DNA of 64,000 nt from Eledone cirrhosa (Eukaryota). The position numbers and the translations under genes were made by a program. Shown here one piece after another: positions 11,643 to 22,256 of the stretch. Within the stretch, counting starts at the first letter, position 1, and each line of letters begins with the position of its first letter. The notes beneath the pieces were generated by a model that worked only from the letters and a program-made list of their open reading frames with translations, made no database searches and was not told where the DNA came from. Where the stretch lies: positions 48,670,001 through 48,734,000 of the forward strand of contig OZ024740.1 in the NCBI GenBank assembly GCA_964016885.1, read 5' to 3'.

Positions 11643-11802
11643 GCGAAATGATGTGATAGCTGATGTCCGAACAGCTGCAGAAGTGGCCTTGAAACAGATT
11701 GGTGGTGATGAAGTAAAACAAGCAATGCATGTCACAGAAATGCTGGGGAGAGAAATACATGAACTTACAAAATTCGCAGAGAAAGAACCAGGAAATACTT
11801 GA
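11643..11802 (+). CDS. TIR/HEAT-repeat protein, terminal coding exon
   Basis: TTGCAG acceptor; RNDVIADVRTAAEVALKQIGGDEVKQAMHVTEMLGREIHELTKFAEKEPGNT*, with TGA at 11800-11802 followed by an AT-rich 3' UTR. Confidence 0.92.
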
Positions 11803-12147
11803 ACTGCCAAATATTTACAAACTCATTTATTTATTTATTTATTTATTTGTCTTTTGTAAATAAGCCTTGAATTAGCAAGGGAAAAATATCTTCAGAAATT
11901 TTGAGCAAATTTCCTGTTGGTTTTTCAGAAAGGGATTAAATATGCCTCTTGATCACTTTACAAAAATGCACTTATTTATTGAGAATTATTCTGTGGAAAG
12001 TACTGAAGATATGTTGAGCATTATTCATTATTCTTAAATATTACATTTAAATTTAAGCAAGGAATTTTTAGTTTCATTTTTTTTTTCATCTGTAGTAAAC
12101 TGGAAATCTTTGGTATACTTTCACATTTATTTTAATTAAAAAAAAAA

Positions 12148-12153
12148 AATAAA
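12148..12153 (+). promoter_or_regulatory. candidate polyadenylation signal of TIR/HEAT gene
   Basis: AATAAA ~350 bp after the stop; a second one at 12322-12327. A-rich context makes this weak. Confidence 0.3.
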
Positions 12154-12591
12154 TAAAATGTCAAACATCTTGATTATGTTAAATGTGATGTGGAAAATGA
12201 AGTTTTTTATTCATGGTATGTGTTTTTTTACACAATCTCCCTCCCCTCCCCGTTTGTAGAAAAACATAACTACAAACATGATGAATGTGTTGATTACTCT
12301 GTGTATGTATGAAAATGACAAAATAAAAAAAGAAAGTCAACACTAACATTTGTATTGCAAATAATTAAAATTTACATTTTGTAAATATAATGTTATGAGT
12401 AGTAAAATTCCAATTCCTGCTGTGCTGGGACCATATTTTATTATATATTTTTTCTACATTAGTAAATATCCAAAATTGGTGTTAAAGAAACAATTTATTT
12501 AACTGAATTCATTCAAATATGTCTATAATAGCATATATATTTATCAAATAGTTTTTAAATAAATTGAATTTCTGGAAATTAATTATTAAAA

Positions 12592-12783
12592 GGGGCGGTA
12601 GATCGGCAGTATCGGTAGAGGGTCGGACACCATGCTTTCCAGCTTAGTTACGGCCCTTGCCATTCTGAGTTCAAATCCTATCGAGGTTAACTTTGCTTTT
12701 CATCCTTACAGGGTCAATAAAATAAAGTACCAGTAATGTACTGGGTAATTGCTGGCCTTGTGCCAAAAAGTAGAAACAATTAT
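12592..12783 (+). mobile_element. SINE family A copy
   Basis: Same head, B-box, core and AGTAGAAACAATT tail as 3002-3180. Confidence 0.9.
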
Positions 12784-12804
12784 TAATATTAACGTTTTGT
12801 GAGC

Positions 12805-13000
12805 ATGGTGGAATAGTAGTCAGTAGAGCAGAGCATAACATGCCACATAGTATTTTGTTACATTTATTTACATTCTGCATTAATCCTTCTTGAAACAACT
12901 TTGCTTTTCATCTGTTCAGGTATTGATATCATCAATACCAGTGAAGGACTGCAGTTGATTTGACTATAGCTCTCCCCAAAATTAAGTGGCCTTAGAAATC
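12805..13000 (+). mobile_element. SINE family A-related old copy
   Basis: Degenerate head and CAACTTTGCTTTTCATC...ATACCAGT core. Confidence 0.55.
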
Positions 13001-13018
13001 GATATTAACCTTAATAAT

Positions 13019-13123
13019 TGTTTCTACTTTAGGCACAAGGCCAGCAATTACCCAGTGCATTACTGGTACTTTATTTTATCGACCCCGTAAGGATGAAAGG
13101 CAAAGTCAACCTCGGCGGGATTT
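13019..13123 (-). mobile_element. SINE family A, 5'-truncated, 18-bp TSD
   Basis: Reverse complement of the 3' half; GATATTAACCTTAATAAT at 13001-13018 and 13124-13141. Confidence 0.9.
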
Positions 13124-14164
13124 GATATTAACCTTAATAATATTAGCAATTCATTATTCATTTCATTTTCTAAAAATCATTTCCATATATATATATATAT
13201 ATTTATTAAAATAACAGATTAAAGTTTAAGCAAAGAATCGCTGCTTTCACCCTTAACGGGATCTTCTGAAATATTTGCTCTACGGTTCTTATATATTTGA
13301 TATATATTTATCCTTATCGAGCCCTTTTTGGATTTTAGTCTTCAAATTTATTATTATTACTATATATATATACTCTTTTACCCTTTTACCTGTTTCAGCC
13401 ATCCGGCTGAGGCCATGCTGGGGCACCAAATTATATATAATTTTTTTTTTTTTTTTTTATAAATCTTTTTTTTTTTTATAAATCTTTTAAAAAAAAGATA
13501 ACTTTAAATTCTTACAATTATTTTTATATAATAAAAATCTGGCCCCCATGAACTCATTGATAATCTGACTTAATTTTTTGTTGATTGATCCAATCATGTA
13601 TTGTATAATCAAGATTTTATGTGTGCATGATGGCTACACTGCCATCAAAATACCTGTTATGAAAGTATTAACATTCCATGGAAACTCACCTAGGACCAGC
13701 AAAACTATTCATTTTATATGTATATATTTTTATGTAAAATCATATTTCCACCTACTGAAAGGGAAACTTAATATAATAATGACCACTTATGTAGCTGTAA
13801 TTATTTTCAATGAAATGTAAAATATTATTTGAAATTACAATTTCTTTATTTAATAAATTATATATTTTTTATTAAAACAGATATTTTTTGTTATTTAATT
13901 TCTATTGTCTAGTTGTTGAATATCATTACACTTAGAACTTAACTTTTTGTTGATTAAATTGATTGCTCCAGTAAAATACATGTATGAAATATGTACGTCG
14001 ATGCTCTTCTTTTCCATCTCTTTGAGGGTTCGAAACCCCACTATCAGGCTAAAATTTCTTTAGTAAATAATAGCGCAAAAGCTTCTATTTCTAATTATAA
14101 AAAAATATATTGTATTATCAAGATTTTGTTTGCTATTTCTAGCAGGTCAATTGACTATATAGAA

Positions 14165-14298
14165 CAGTGTTTCTCAACATTTTTATCCTTGTGGATCCCA
14201 TGAATTAGTTTTCATGTCTCGGGGGGGGGGGGAACCCTGCATAAAGTTTATTATATACCATTATATAATATCTATGCCTTACAGGTTGAGAAACGCTG
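14165..14298. mobile_element. hAT (Charlie-like) MITE
   Basis: TIRs CAGTGTTTCTCAAC / GTTGAGAAACGCTG; imperfect ATATAGA-type flanks. Confidence 0.75.
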
Positions 14299-14342
14299 AT
14301 ATATAGAGGTTTTGTCGTTAGCTTGTAATTCTTATGTACAAT

Positions 14343-14520
14343 TGGCAGTATCGGTAGAGGGTCGGACGCCATGCTTTGACGCATAGTTACGGCCCTTGCC
14401 ATTCTGAGTTCAAATCCTGCCGAGGTTAACTTTGCCTTTCATCCTTACGGGGTCGATAAAATAAAGTACCAGTAATGCACTGGGTAATTGCTGGCCTTGT
14501 GCCAAAAGTAGAAACGATTA
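14343..14520 (+). mobile_element. SINE family A copy
   Basis: Near-identical to 3002-3180. Confidence 0.9.
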
Positions 14521-14730
14521 TAATAAGTGAAGATAATAAACTATAGCACAGTGTCACTTGATCTTCTAGAAATACCAACCAAATCTTTATAGTGTAACCT
14601 ACTTTAAAAAAGGAAGTGAGTTAGGAAAAAAAAATGTCTGCCTTTTACCATATTTCTGTTTGATTATGACTGACTTTTGGCTAAACAGGTTATTAGTGTA
14701 TATTAATTTTCTTCTGTTGATAGAAATTAA

Positions 14731-14990
14731 ATGGAGGCACATGACCTAGTGGTAAGGGTGTTGGTCTTATCATATCAGGGGTTTGATTCCTGGACTGGTT
14801 TATGTGTTGTGTGCTTGAGCAAACACTTCATTTCCTGTTGCTCCAATATAAACAACTGAAAATGAGTACCAGCTGAGAGTTTAACCCTGTGATGGACTGG
14901 CACCCTGTTCAGGAGGGAGTCTTGTACTCTGTCGCTTCACGCCACGGAAACTGGGGTAAGCAATGGCCCGATGAGCATGCAGGCTCAAGT
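14731..14990 (+). mobile_element. tRNA-derived SINE (family B)
   Basis: tRNA-like head (TGACCTAGTGGTAAGG, GGTTTGATTCC), then TTGTGTGCTTGAGCAA, AAATGAGTACC and CCCTGTGATGGACTGGCACCCTGTTCAGG; resembles invertebrate Deu-domain SINE2 elements. Confidence 0.7.
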
Positions 14991-15036
14991 AAGTATGGTA
15001 GATCACCATGTACTTGTTTCATTATTATTAGTCCTC

Positions 15037-15255
15037 CTGGGCTGGCAGTATCGGTAGTCAGACGTGATGCTTTGACGCATAGTTACGGCCCTTGCCATTC
15101 ATCATCATCACCGTTTTACGTCCGTTCTTCCACGCTAGCATGAGTTCGAATCCTGCCTAGGTTAACTTTGCCTTTCGTCCTTACGGGGTTGATAAAATAA
15201 AGTACCAGTAATTCACTGGATAATTGCTGGCCGTGTGCCAAAAGTAGAAATAATA
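15037..15255 (+). mobile_element. SINE family A copy with 13-bp TSD and nested 40-bp RTE tail
   Basis: ATTATTAGTCCTC at 15024-15036 and 15256-15268; insertion at 15101-15140. Confidence 0.88.
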
Positions 15256-15383
15256 ATTATTAGTCCTCAGCAAAGTAGATTGTACATGAATAACAAGTGA
15301 AGTAATTATTATTATTATTAAAAAGCTAATTAATTATAATTATGGGGTGAAGAAAGGTCATTAGATAGTCCACAACTGGTGTT

Positions 15384-15526
15384 TTAACCCTTTAGAATTT
15401 AAACCAGCCCCTTATATTGATGTTAAGGTATTATTCTCAAAATAAATATCTATCCCATAGATTTGATATTATGAGGTAAAGTGTTTACTGTGAAAATATA
15501 GAGTAATGTAAATGCTAAAGGGTTAA
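15384..15526. mobile_element. piggyBac-type MITE
   Basis: TTAA-CCCTTTAGAATTTA ... TAAATGCTAAAGGG-TTAA (TTAA TSD, CCC...GGG termini). Confidence 0.8.
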
Positions 15527-15851
15527 ATTAGTAAAACAAATTTGTATTTTGTAAGGTTATAGAGGTATGAGTAATTTTAAAGTGTTGTTTCACTCCAAGT
15601 CAACTCTTTTTAATTAGAACTATGATCAAAGGTATTCCAGTCAGGGCCTGCTCTTCAGTATATTGGGGATGACATACTCCAATGTGTCCTGCCATTTTGA
15701 GGGTGGTGATGTTATTTCTAACAGATTGTACAACATTAATACTCTCTTATTGCTGGTAAGTTAAAGAAAATGTATTAGATTTAGTTTATCAATCTGCTTT
15801 AGTACTCAATTAAAACATAAAAAAAACAACATAAATACTAGTTTTATGTTT

Positions 15852-15857
15852 TTTATT
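15852..15857 (-). promoter_or_regulatory. probable native PECR polyadenylation signal (AATAAA), displaced by the Penelope insertion
   Basis: TTTATT on plus strand ~45 bp beyond the distal candidate TSD (15902-15908). Confidence 0.45.
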
Positions 15858-15908
15858 AAATACAATTGGTATAAAATTGTATATTAAAAATAAATCAGTT
15901 TATGTATT

Positions 15909-17685
15909 GTTATACTTTGGGAGGGTCATGTTGCCAATAAGAAACACACGCACCAGTTGCTTTCACTTCAATTTATTATATATTTATAAATTTACAAATC
16001 TACAAACTTATAAATTTCTGGTTGGTTGGTTCCACAACCAGATAGTTGTTTATATATAGTCATAGTCCTTTCGTCACACACTCTGTGACTGGGGATTCCT
16101 TTCTTTGTTTCTGTGCCTTTCCTTTCTTCTATCCTACGCCATTTTGTTTCTGTGTGTGTTTGTGTTCATTTATTTATTTATTGTTGGTTGGTTGGTTCTA
16201 TGTGTGTGTGTGTGTTTTCATTTTGTCCTTAATTGTAAGTTGTGATGTTGCTGTTCCACTCATATTTTCTATTTAATTTTGGTTGTAATTCTTTTATGCT
16301 TACTGCCTCTGTAATTTGCCTAAACATTGCATCTTTTCTGTGTGTGTGGATTCTATTTTTATTTCTATGTTCTCTAATCTACCTCTGTGCTCTATCTTAG
16401 CATGTTGGTAGAGCACAGATGATTCTTTATTATCTTGAAGGTCTCGCCAGTGTTCATTTATTCGTTCCCCTATACTACGAGCTGTCTCACCTATGTACAC
16501 TATATTTTTGTTTCTACATTGTCCTTCAGTACATCTTATGCTATACACTACATTTCTAGTTTTACAGTTAATATGGGGGCTTATTTTACAGGTTATACAT
16601 TTCTTATCTATACATGAGGGTCTTTGGAACGGGTATGTCTTGCTAATAAGTGTTTTTACGGAGGTACCTGGTCTTTCTACTATCTTAATATTGAGTTTGT
16701 TTATTTAGGGCCCTTCTAAATTTGTAGGCTAGTTCGCCTCTAGGGGTTGTATTGATGAACATTACACTCTGGTATTTATTGCTATCATACCGTGAGTTTA
16801 TTCTATTGGCCTTGTTCCTAGTTCTTTCTATTCTATTCCAAAATTTGCTCCTATACAAGGGGCAGGTCCCATTTATGTCATTATTTACCATTTGGTTCTA
16901 TCTCTCTAGTTCTTCGGGGTTGCACATGCGGGACACATTTCTCATCACCCGTACCAAATCCGCAATCAGTATGTTGATTTTGGTATGGTCCGAAATGGCC
17001 GAGATGTTTGGAAGTCATGGGTTTGGCATAATGGGAATGGAGGATTTGTTTTTGGTTGTTAATGGTATCTAACCAGAGCTCTGTGTCTAGTACAGGTAAT
17101 CGATGGTTGGGGTGTCTACTTGGGTAGTCTATAGTAACTCTAATGCTCTGGTGGATGGAGTTTGCTATTTGCTGGATGCTTTCCATTGTGTTTTTCTCTA
17201 GTTCCTGACTGTTCTTTAGTGGGGGTGTCTTAACTACGATGTTTATATCATCTACGTAGCGGGAGTACATTATCAGGGTTAAGCTGTCTTCTAATTGTTC
17301 TATAAGTTTTTGTTTAAGTCTACTGTCCCACCATACCATGAATAAGTTAGCTATGTCGCCTGCAATGCTAACACCAATGGCTGCTCCTTCCTCTTGGGCA
17401 TATGTTTTACCATTAAATTTGAACATATGTTCCTTAAGGGTTAATTTTATGCTGGCCCCTACCGCATGTGCAATCATTTTCTTCAGTTCATCGTGGTTTT
17501 CGGGTGTCCGTATGGCTCTGGTCCACCCGTTCCATCTATCTGTGTGGGTTTTCTTGGCCATTGAGGTAATGGTAGGTGGTCTGCCTCTTGCTGGTCTTGT
17601 AGGGCACAGGTTGCTAAGGTCATAAGTGTCTAGGTAACTATTACTATGGGTAAGCTTAAGTAGAAGTCCCAGCTCACTGGTATCA
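15909..17685 (-). mobile_element. Penelope-like element (PLE), 5'-truncated and frameshifted, RT + C-terminal GIY-YIG endonuclease
   Basis: RT motifs QEEGAAIG and YSRYVDD and thumb LPVLD (ORF 16881-17561); Cys-rich linker CIDKKCITC; GIY-YIG NVVYSIRC...C...VYIGETARSIGERINEH...LYQHAKIEH (ORF 16300-16548); candidate TSD ATGTATT at 15902-15908 and 17686-17692. Confidence 0.9.
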
Positions 17686-17702
17686 ATGTATTCTTTCTCT
17701 TT

Positions 17703-17782
17703 TTATAATTTGCTTTTGGGGAAATCATCTTCACTAGAGTTTTCTTTGGAACCACAGGAATATTCTGGCCAATTTTTATGAT
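17703..17782 (-). CDS. PECR: Peroxisomal trans-2-enoyl-CoA reductase, last coding exon with PTS1
   Basis: TGAAG acceptor, phase matches; (D)HKNWPEYSCGSKENSSEDDFPKSKL* (cf. PECR DHDNWP...AKL); C-terminal SKL is the canonical peroxisomal targeting signal 1. Confidence 0.93.
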
Positions 17783-18105
17783 CTTCAATGATAAAAGAAA
17801 ATTAAATTATTAAAAAGCTGTAGTTTAAGAGATGATACTTTAGAAATGTAATTCAATACTTAATTTTAAAAAGAAATAGGATGGTCACACTTTCAGTTAC
17901 AAACATAATAGGCTATAGCAAAATTCAAACGCTTGGATATGTTGTAGGGAGAAGTAGAATCTGACATTTTGAGGATTAACACTTTATCTGAGACACTTTT
18001 CTTTTCTATTTAGAAAATAACATAAATGTTCTTAATACATAGATCTCAAACATGCATGATCTTGTCTGTTGTCATGACCTCTAATCTGAATTCCACTATC
18101 AAATT

Positions 18106-18423
18106 CATCATCATCGTTTTTACATCCGCTTTTAGTCCTCTCTCCTGCACACCACCTTGGATTCCTCTTAAACCCAGCTTCTGCCTTCCTCTCACACTTA
18201 CATTGCACATCCAATGGAGCATGGTTGCTTCATTTCTATCCAGTCTACGCATGTCCTATGCAGTCACAGCCCATGTTTCACTACTATGCAACATCGCACA
18301 CAGGCATCATACAGTCGTCCTTTTATACATGGTCAACAGTGGGCGAAATCTCTGAACTTTTTCCATCCTATCCTTATTCTAACTATTATGCTCTCAGAAC
18401 ATGTTCCTCCGTTGCTATTTATA
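18106..18423 (-). mobile_element. RTE LINE fragment, old
   Basis: GGTCSESIIVRIRIGWKKFR and MRRLDRNEATMLHWMC remnants; CATCATCATCGTTTT tail. Confidence 0.75.
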
Positions 18424-19061
18424 TAATAATAGCAAATTGAATATAGTTGTTGCAAAGATCCAACTTGAGTAGATGTCAAAGCAAAGCAGTAAAATTTATG
18501 GAAATTTATAATGGTATGTGTTAGCAAGAAAGTATAAAAATATCACATGGTGCCCGGAATGCTAGATTCCTCTTTCTCCATTCTGTGATCTAGTAAATAT
18601 TCTTGCTTCCACCAAACATTGTCACTATAGGCCTGAGACAGTTTAGCAGCATAGGAAAGACTAATTTGTTTTTACAGCTGGTAGTCATATAAGTATGCTT
18701 GCCTCAATCTGAGGGTGTTGTGATTTGAGGGGGATTTGGCTATTACTAACAAAGTCAAACGACCACACAGGCTGTCTATGATGTTTATCCTCAGGTCAGT
18801 CCTGATTCAGCATGTTTTTAAAAGATTCAAGCCCTGAGATAACACCTTTCAGGTTTATTTAGAACTCTCATGCATCTTTTCCTTATTTAAAAGACCAAAA
18901 GCCTTGATGACCCTTTGAAACTAGTGGGATTAATATAAGGGAATATATGATTGATCAACCATGTGGTGGTTGTTGTATAAATATGCAAACCTAAAGATTA
19001 GTGTGTTATTATAGAAAGGGTTTTCTATGGCAAAATTACAGCTGTCTTTCTTTCTCAGAAT

Positions 19062-19153
19062 ATGGATGTAGTTGGTATGCTCCAAGTTAAACTAAGTTTT
19101 AGTTGGAGCATGGATGTAGTTGGTATGCTCCAAGTGAAACTAAGTTTTAGTTG
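19062..19153 (+). repeat. 48-bp tandem duplication with internal hairpin
   Basis: ATGGATGTAGTTGGTATGCTCCAAGT.AAACTAAGTTTTAGTTG at 19062 and 19110. Confidence 0.88.
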
Positions 19154-19535
19154 TTTTCTGTAACCTAGTATTTAACTGAACAAATCCAGCCCAATACTTA
19201 TTTTAGTATGGTATTTTATTTATTGATCTATATTTATCAAATGACTCATTTTAACACAACACCAGTTTTAACTCAGTGTTGTGTCAAAAGCTGCAAACAC
19301 AGACACATACACAGATATATATGTACACTCTTAAAGAAAAAGCTATAGATGGAAAATTTCCATGCCACCTGAATTCAAATTTGAACTAGCTGCTTTTGCC
19401 TTGTTAGAAAAAGAAAAATTAACTGGATTTTCTAGATATGTGCAATGATAGTCAGTTGAAGGAGACAAGAGTTTTGCTTAAAGTACTATAGAATTCAACA
19501 ACTGAAATCATTAGAGATTCAATTAATTACTTTTA

Positions 19536-19742
<207 letters not shown>

Positions 19743-19779
19743 TTAATAGTTATTTATTTTTTAACAAATATAATAATCC

Positions 19780-19970
19780 AATATTGGCAAAAGGTCTGTA
19801 GTTTGGTGGAAGGGGTAAGTCAATTATATCAATCCCAGTATTCAACTGGTACTTTATTTTATCAACCCTGGAAGGATGAAAGGTAAAATTAACCTCAGTG
19901 GGATTTTAATTCAGAACGTAGTGAGCCAGAACAAATATTGATAAACATTTGTCCAACCCTCTGCTAATCC
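19780..19970 (-). mobile_element. SINE family A-related older subfamily copy
   Basis: CTGGTACTTTATTTTATCAACCCTGGAAGGATGAAAGGTAAAATTAACCTC core. Confidence 0.75.
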
Positions 19971-19985
19971 AATAATAATAATAAT

Positions 19986-20175
19986 AATTGTTTCTACTTT
20001 TGGCACAAGGCCAGCAATTATCCCAGTACATTACTGGTACTTTATTTTATCGACCCCGTAAGGATGAAAGGCAAAGTTAACCTTGGCAGGATTTGAACTC
20101 GGATCATAAAGAGACGTAACTATGCTGGAAAGCATGGCGTCCGACTCTCTACTGGTACTGCCAATCCACCGCCAA
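19986..20175 (-). mobile_element. SINE family A copy
   Basis: Reverse complement of the consensus, flanked by (AAT)n. Confidence 0.9.
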
Positions 20176-20499
20176 AAATAATAATAATATTAAAAACAAG
20201 TAAAAAGTGATAAAATAAAAAACGAACCAAAATAGAATTAATAGTAGTGACAAAATAAGTTGACAGGATTATCACAAGTGGAACACCTTTCATCATAAGT
20301 CTACTTGGATTAGAGTTGAACTAAGGCTAAACAACAATAAGAAAAAAACTGGGATGATCGTGGCAAGAACAACTTTGATCCTAGATCGTTTGGAGTTCAT
20401 TAACAAAAACACACATAATAATAATAACAACAAAATTTTAAATTACTTAGAAGCACAAACAATGCATATGATATATGATTCTTCTCCTCCTCCTCCTCA

Positions 20500-20725
20500 C
20501 CCCTCTTCTTCTTGGCCCACTTATTCCAGAGAGGGTTGAGGGGACAGAGTCCTCAGACATGCCTTCCAGAAAATCCTATTGCTGGACAGATTTTACCAGC
20601 AAAGCCAGCCAGTAGGAAACCCATAGGTAGAGCACTAGCAAGATGGTTGGATAACATTCATGAGCTTGGTTGGTCTCACTTGGAGATCCACCTAGAGCAA
20701 TTGGAGAACGTTGCTTTTGAGAGGA
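20500..20725 (-). mobile_element. 3' fragment of the second RTE-like LINE family
   Basis: Shares 3' end with 4593-4640; the adjoining segment encodes RKPIGRALARWLDNI on the plus strand, suggesting an inversion or rearranged copy. Confidence 0.55.
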
Positions 20726-21379
20726 TAATTCTTTACCATGCCAGAAATCGTAGCATTGGTTAATGGTCAACATGACTCATACACTGTCCACTTTCATGAC
20801 ATTTGTATATTATTCTGTGTATTATACATGCACCTTTGATGAGTTATAGAGTACCTGAACAATGTACACAATAATTTTCATTATTATTATTTTAAACTAA
20901 AGATGAAGTTTGAACAAGCAGAAGCGGTTGTTGACATTTCTCTGCTGAAACTAGAAGTGAAATAAAAGAAAACGACAGTGGCAGAGTCGGTCAATAACAC
21001 TGTATGCTCACCAGAGAGACATCACCAATAACTTCAGCTTATTCAAACTTCCCCCCCTGGCTTCTTTGGCCATCAACCAATGCTACAATTTCTGATGTAA
21101 TATAGAAATATTATGCCAATTCACTGATGAAAGTTTTTTAAAACTGAAATTTTTGAATAAAATACTATTTTATTTCATCATATGCATTGTCTAGGCTTCT
21201 AAGTAATTTTAAATACAAAATCAAGAGATAAAATAAAGTAAAGATGGGATGGACATGACTGGAAGATCTTTGATCATAGGTTTTCTGGATCAGGGCTGGA
21301 CTTGGGCTAAAGAATAACAATAACAACAATAATAACACAAAAAGCAAAGTAATAACAACAATAATAATGATTTCTATTA

Positions 21380-21560
21380 TAGACACAAGGTCAGCAATTT
21401 CTGGTGGGTGAGACCCCAGTACTAGTGCTTTATTTTATTGACCCTGTAAGGATGAAAGGCAGAGCTAACCTCAGCAGGATTTGAAATCAGAACACAATTG
21501 GCTGTAACTCTATGCTGTGAGGCATGTTGTCTGACGCTCTACTGATACAGCCAATCCTGC
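21380..21560 (-). mobile_element. SINE family A-related copy
   Basis: TTATTTTATTGACCCTGTAAGGATGAAAGGC...GGATTTGAAATCAG...GCCAATCC. Confidence 0.78.
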
Positions 21561-21916
21561 ACTCTAAAAACAACGATAATAATAATAAGTCTAAAATAAT
21601 TAGAGCTGAAAGTATTGTAAACAAGTGTATAGTGTTAAATATAACTGATTGATTAATTATGCTAATAAGTCTTACTTTATACTTATGTCTCTTTGACTCT
21701 TGTAAAAACTATTAGAATAACAGAAAAAAACACAGGAGATAATTTTTGTGTTAATGAGTAAATCATCATCATCATTTTACGTCCGCTTTTCCCTGCTTCC
21801 AAGGGTGGGACGGGTCCTATTCAGCACAGCATCTCTCTACTTGTCACAGTCCTTATGATATGATAATGACTGTGTGTGACCATGTGTATATATGTAATAA
21901 TAAGTATATGTATATA

Positions 21917-22256
21917 TCAATGTTAGTAGGTGCTATACTATAATGAATTTAATGTATGTGTCAATGTTAGTAGGTGCTATACTATAATGAATTTAATGTA
22001 TGTATCAATGTTAGTAGGTGCTATACTATAATGAATTTAATGTATCAATGTTAGTAGGTGCTATACTATAATGAATTTAATGTATGTGTCAATGTTAGTA
22101 GGTGCTATACTATAATGAATTTAATGTATGTATCAATGTTAGTAGGTGCTATACTATAATGAATTTAATGTATCAATGTTAGTAGGTGCTATACTATAAT
22201 GAATTTAATGTATGTGTCAATGTTAGTAGGTGCTATACTATAATGAATTTAATGTA
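21917..22256 (+). repeat. minisatellite, 8 units of 40-44 bp with 128-bp (44+44+40) higher-order period
   Basis: TCAATGTTAGTAGGTGCTATACTATAATGAATTTAATGTA(TGTG/TGTA/-) starting at 21917, 21961, 22005, 22045, 22089, 22133, 22173 and 22217. Confidence 0.95.

Noticed and set aside
16066-16092. Hammerhead or SECIS in the PLE 3' region (GTCAC-loop-GTGAC-GAAA on the minus strand)
   Set aside because: The hairpin followed by GAAA is present, but there is no upstream CUGANGA box; the nearby ATGA...AAA lacks a SECIS stem, and no in-frame TGA was seen in the coding fragments.
20890-21110. Additional PECR exon (exon-like composition on the minus strand)
   Set aside because: The flanking PECR exons join directly (PEE|VSAVV) as in the homologue, and no recognisable protein similarity was found.
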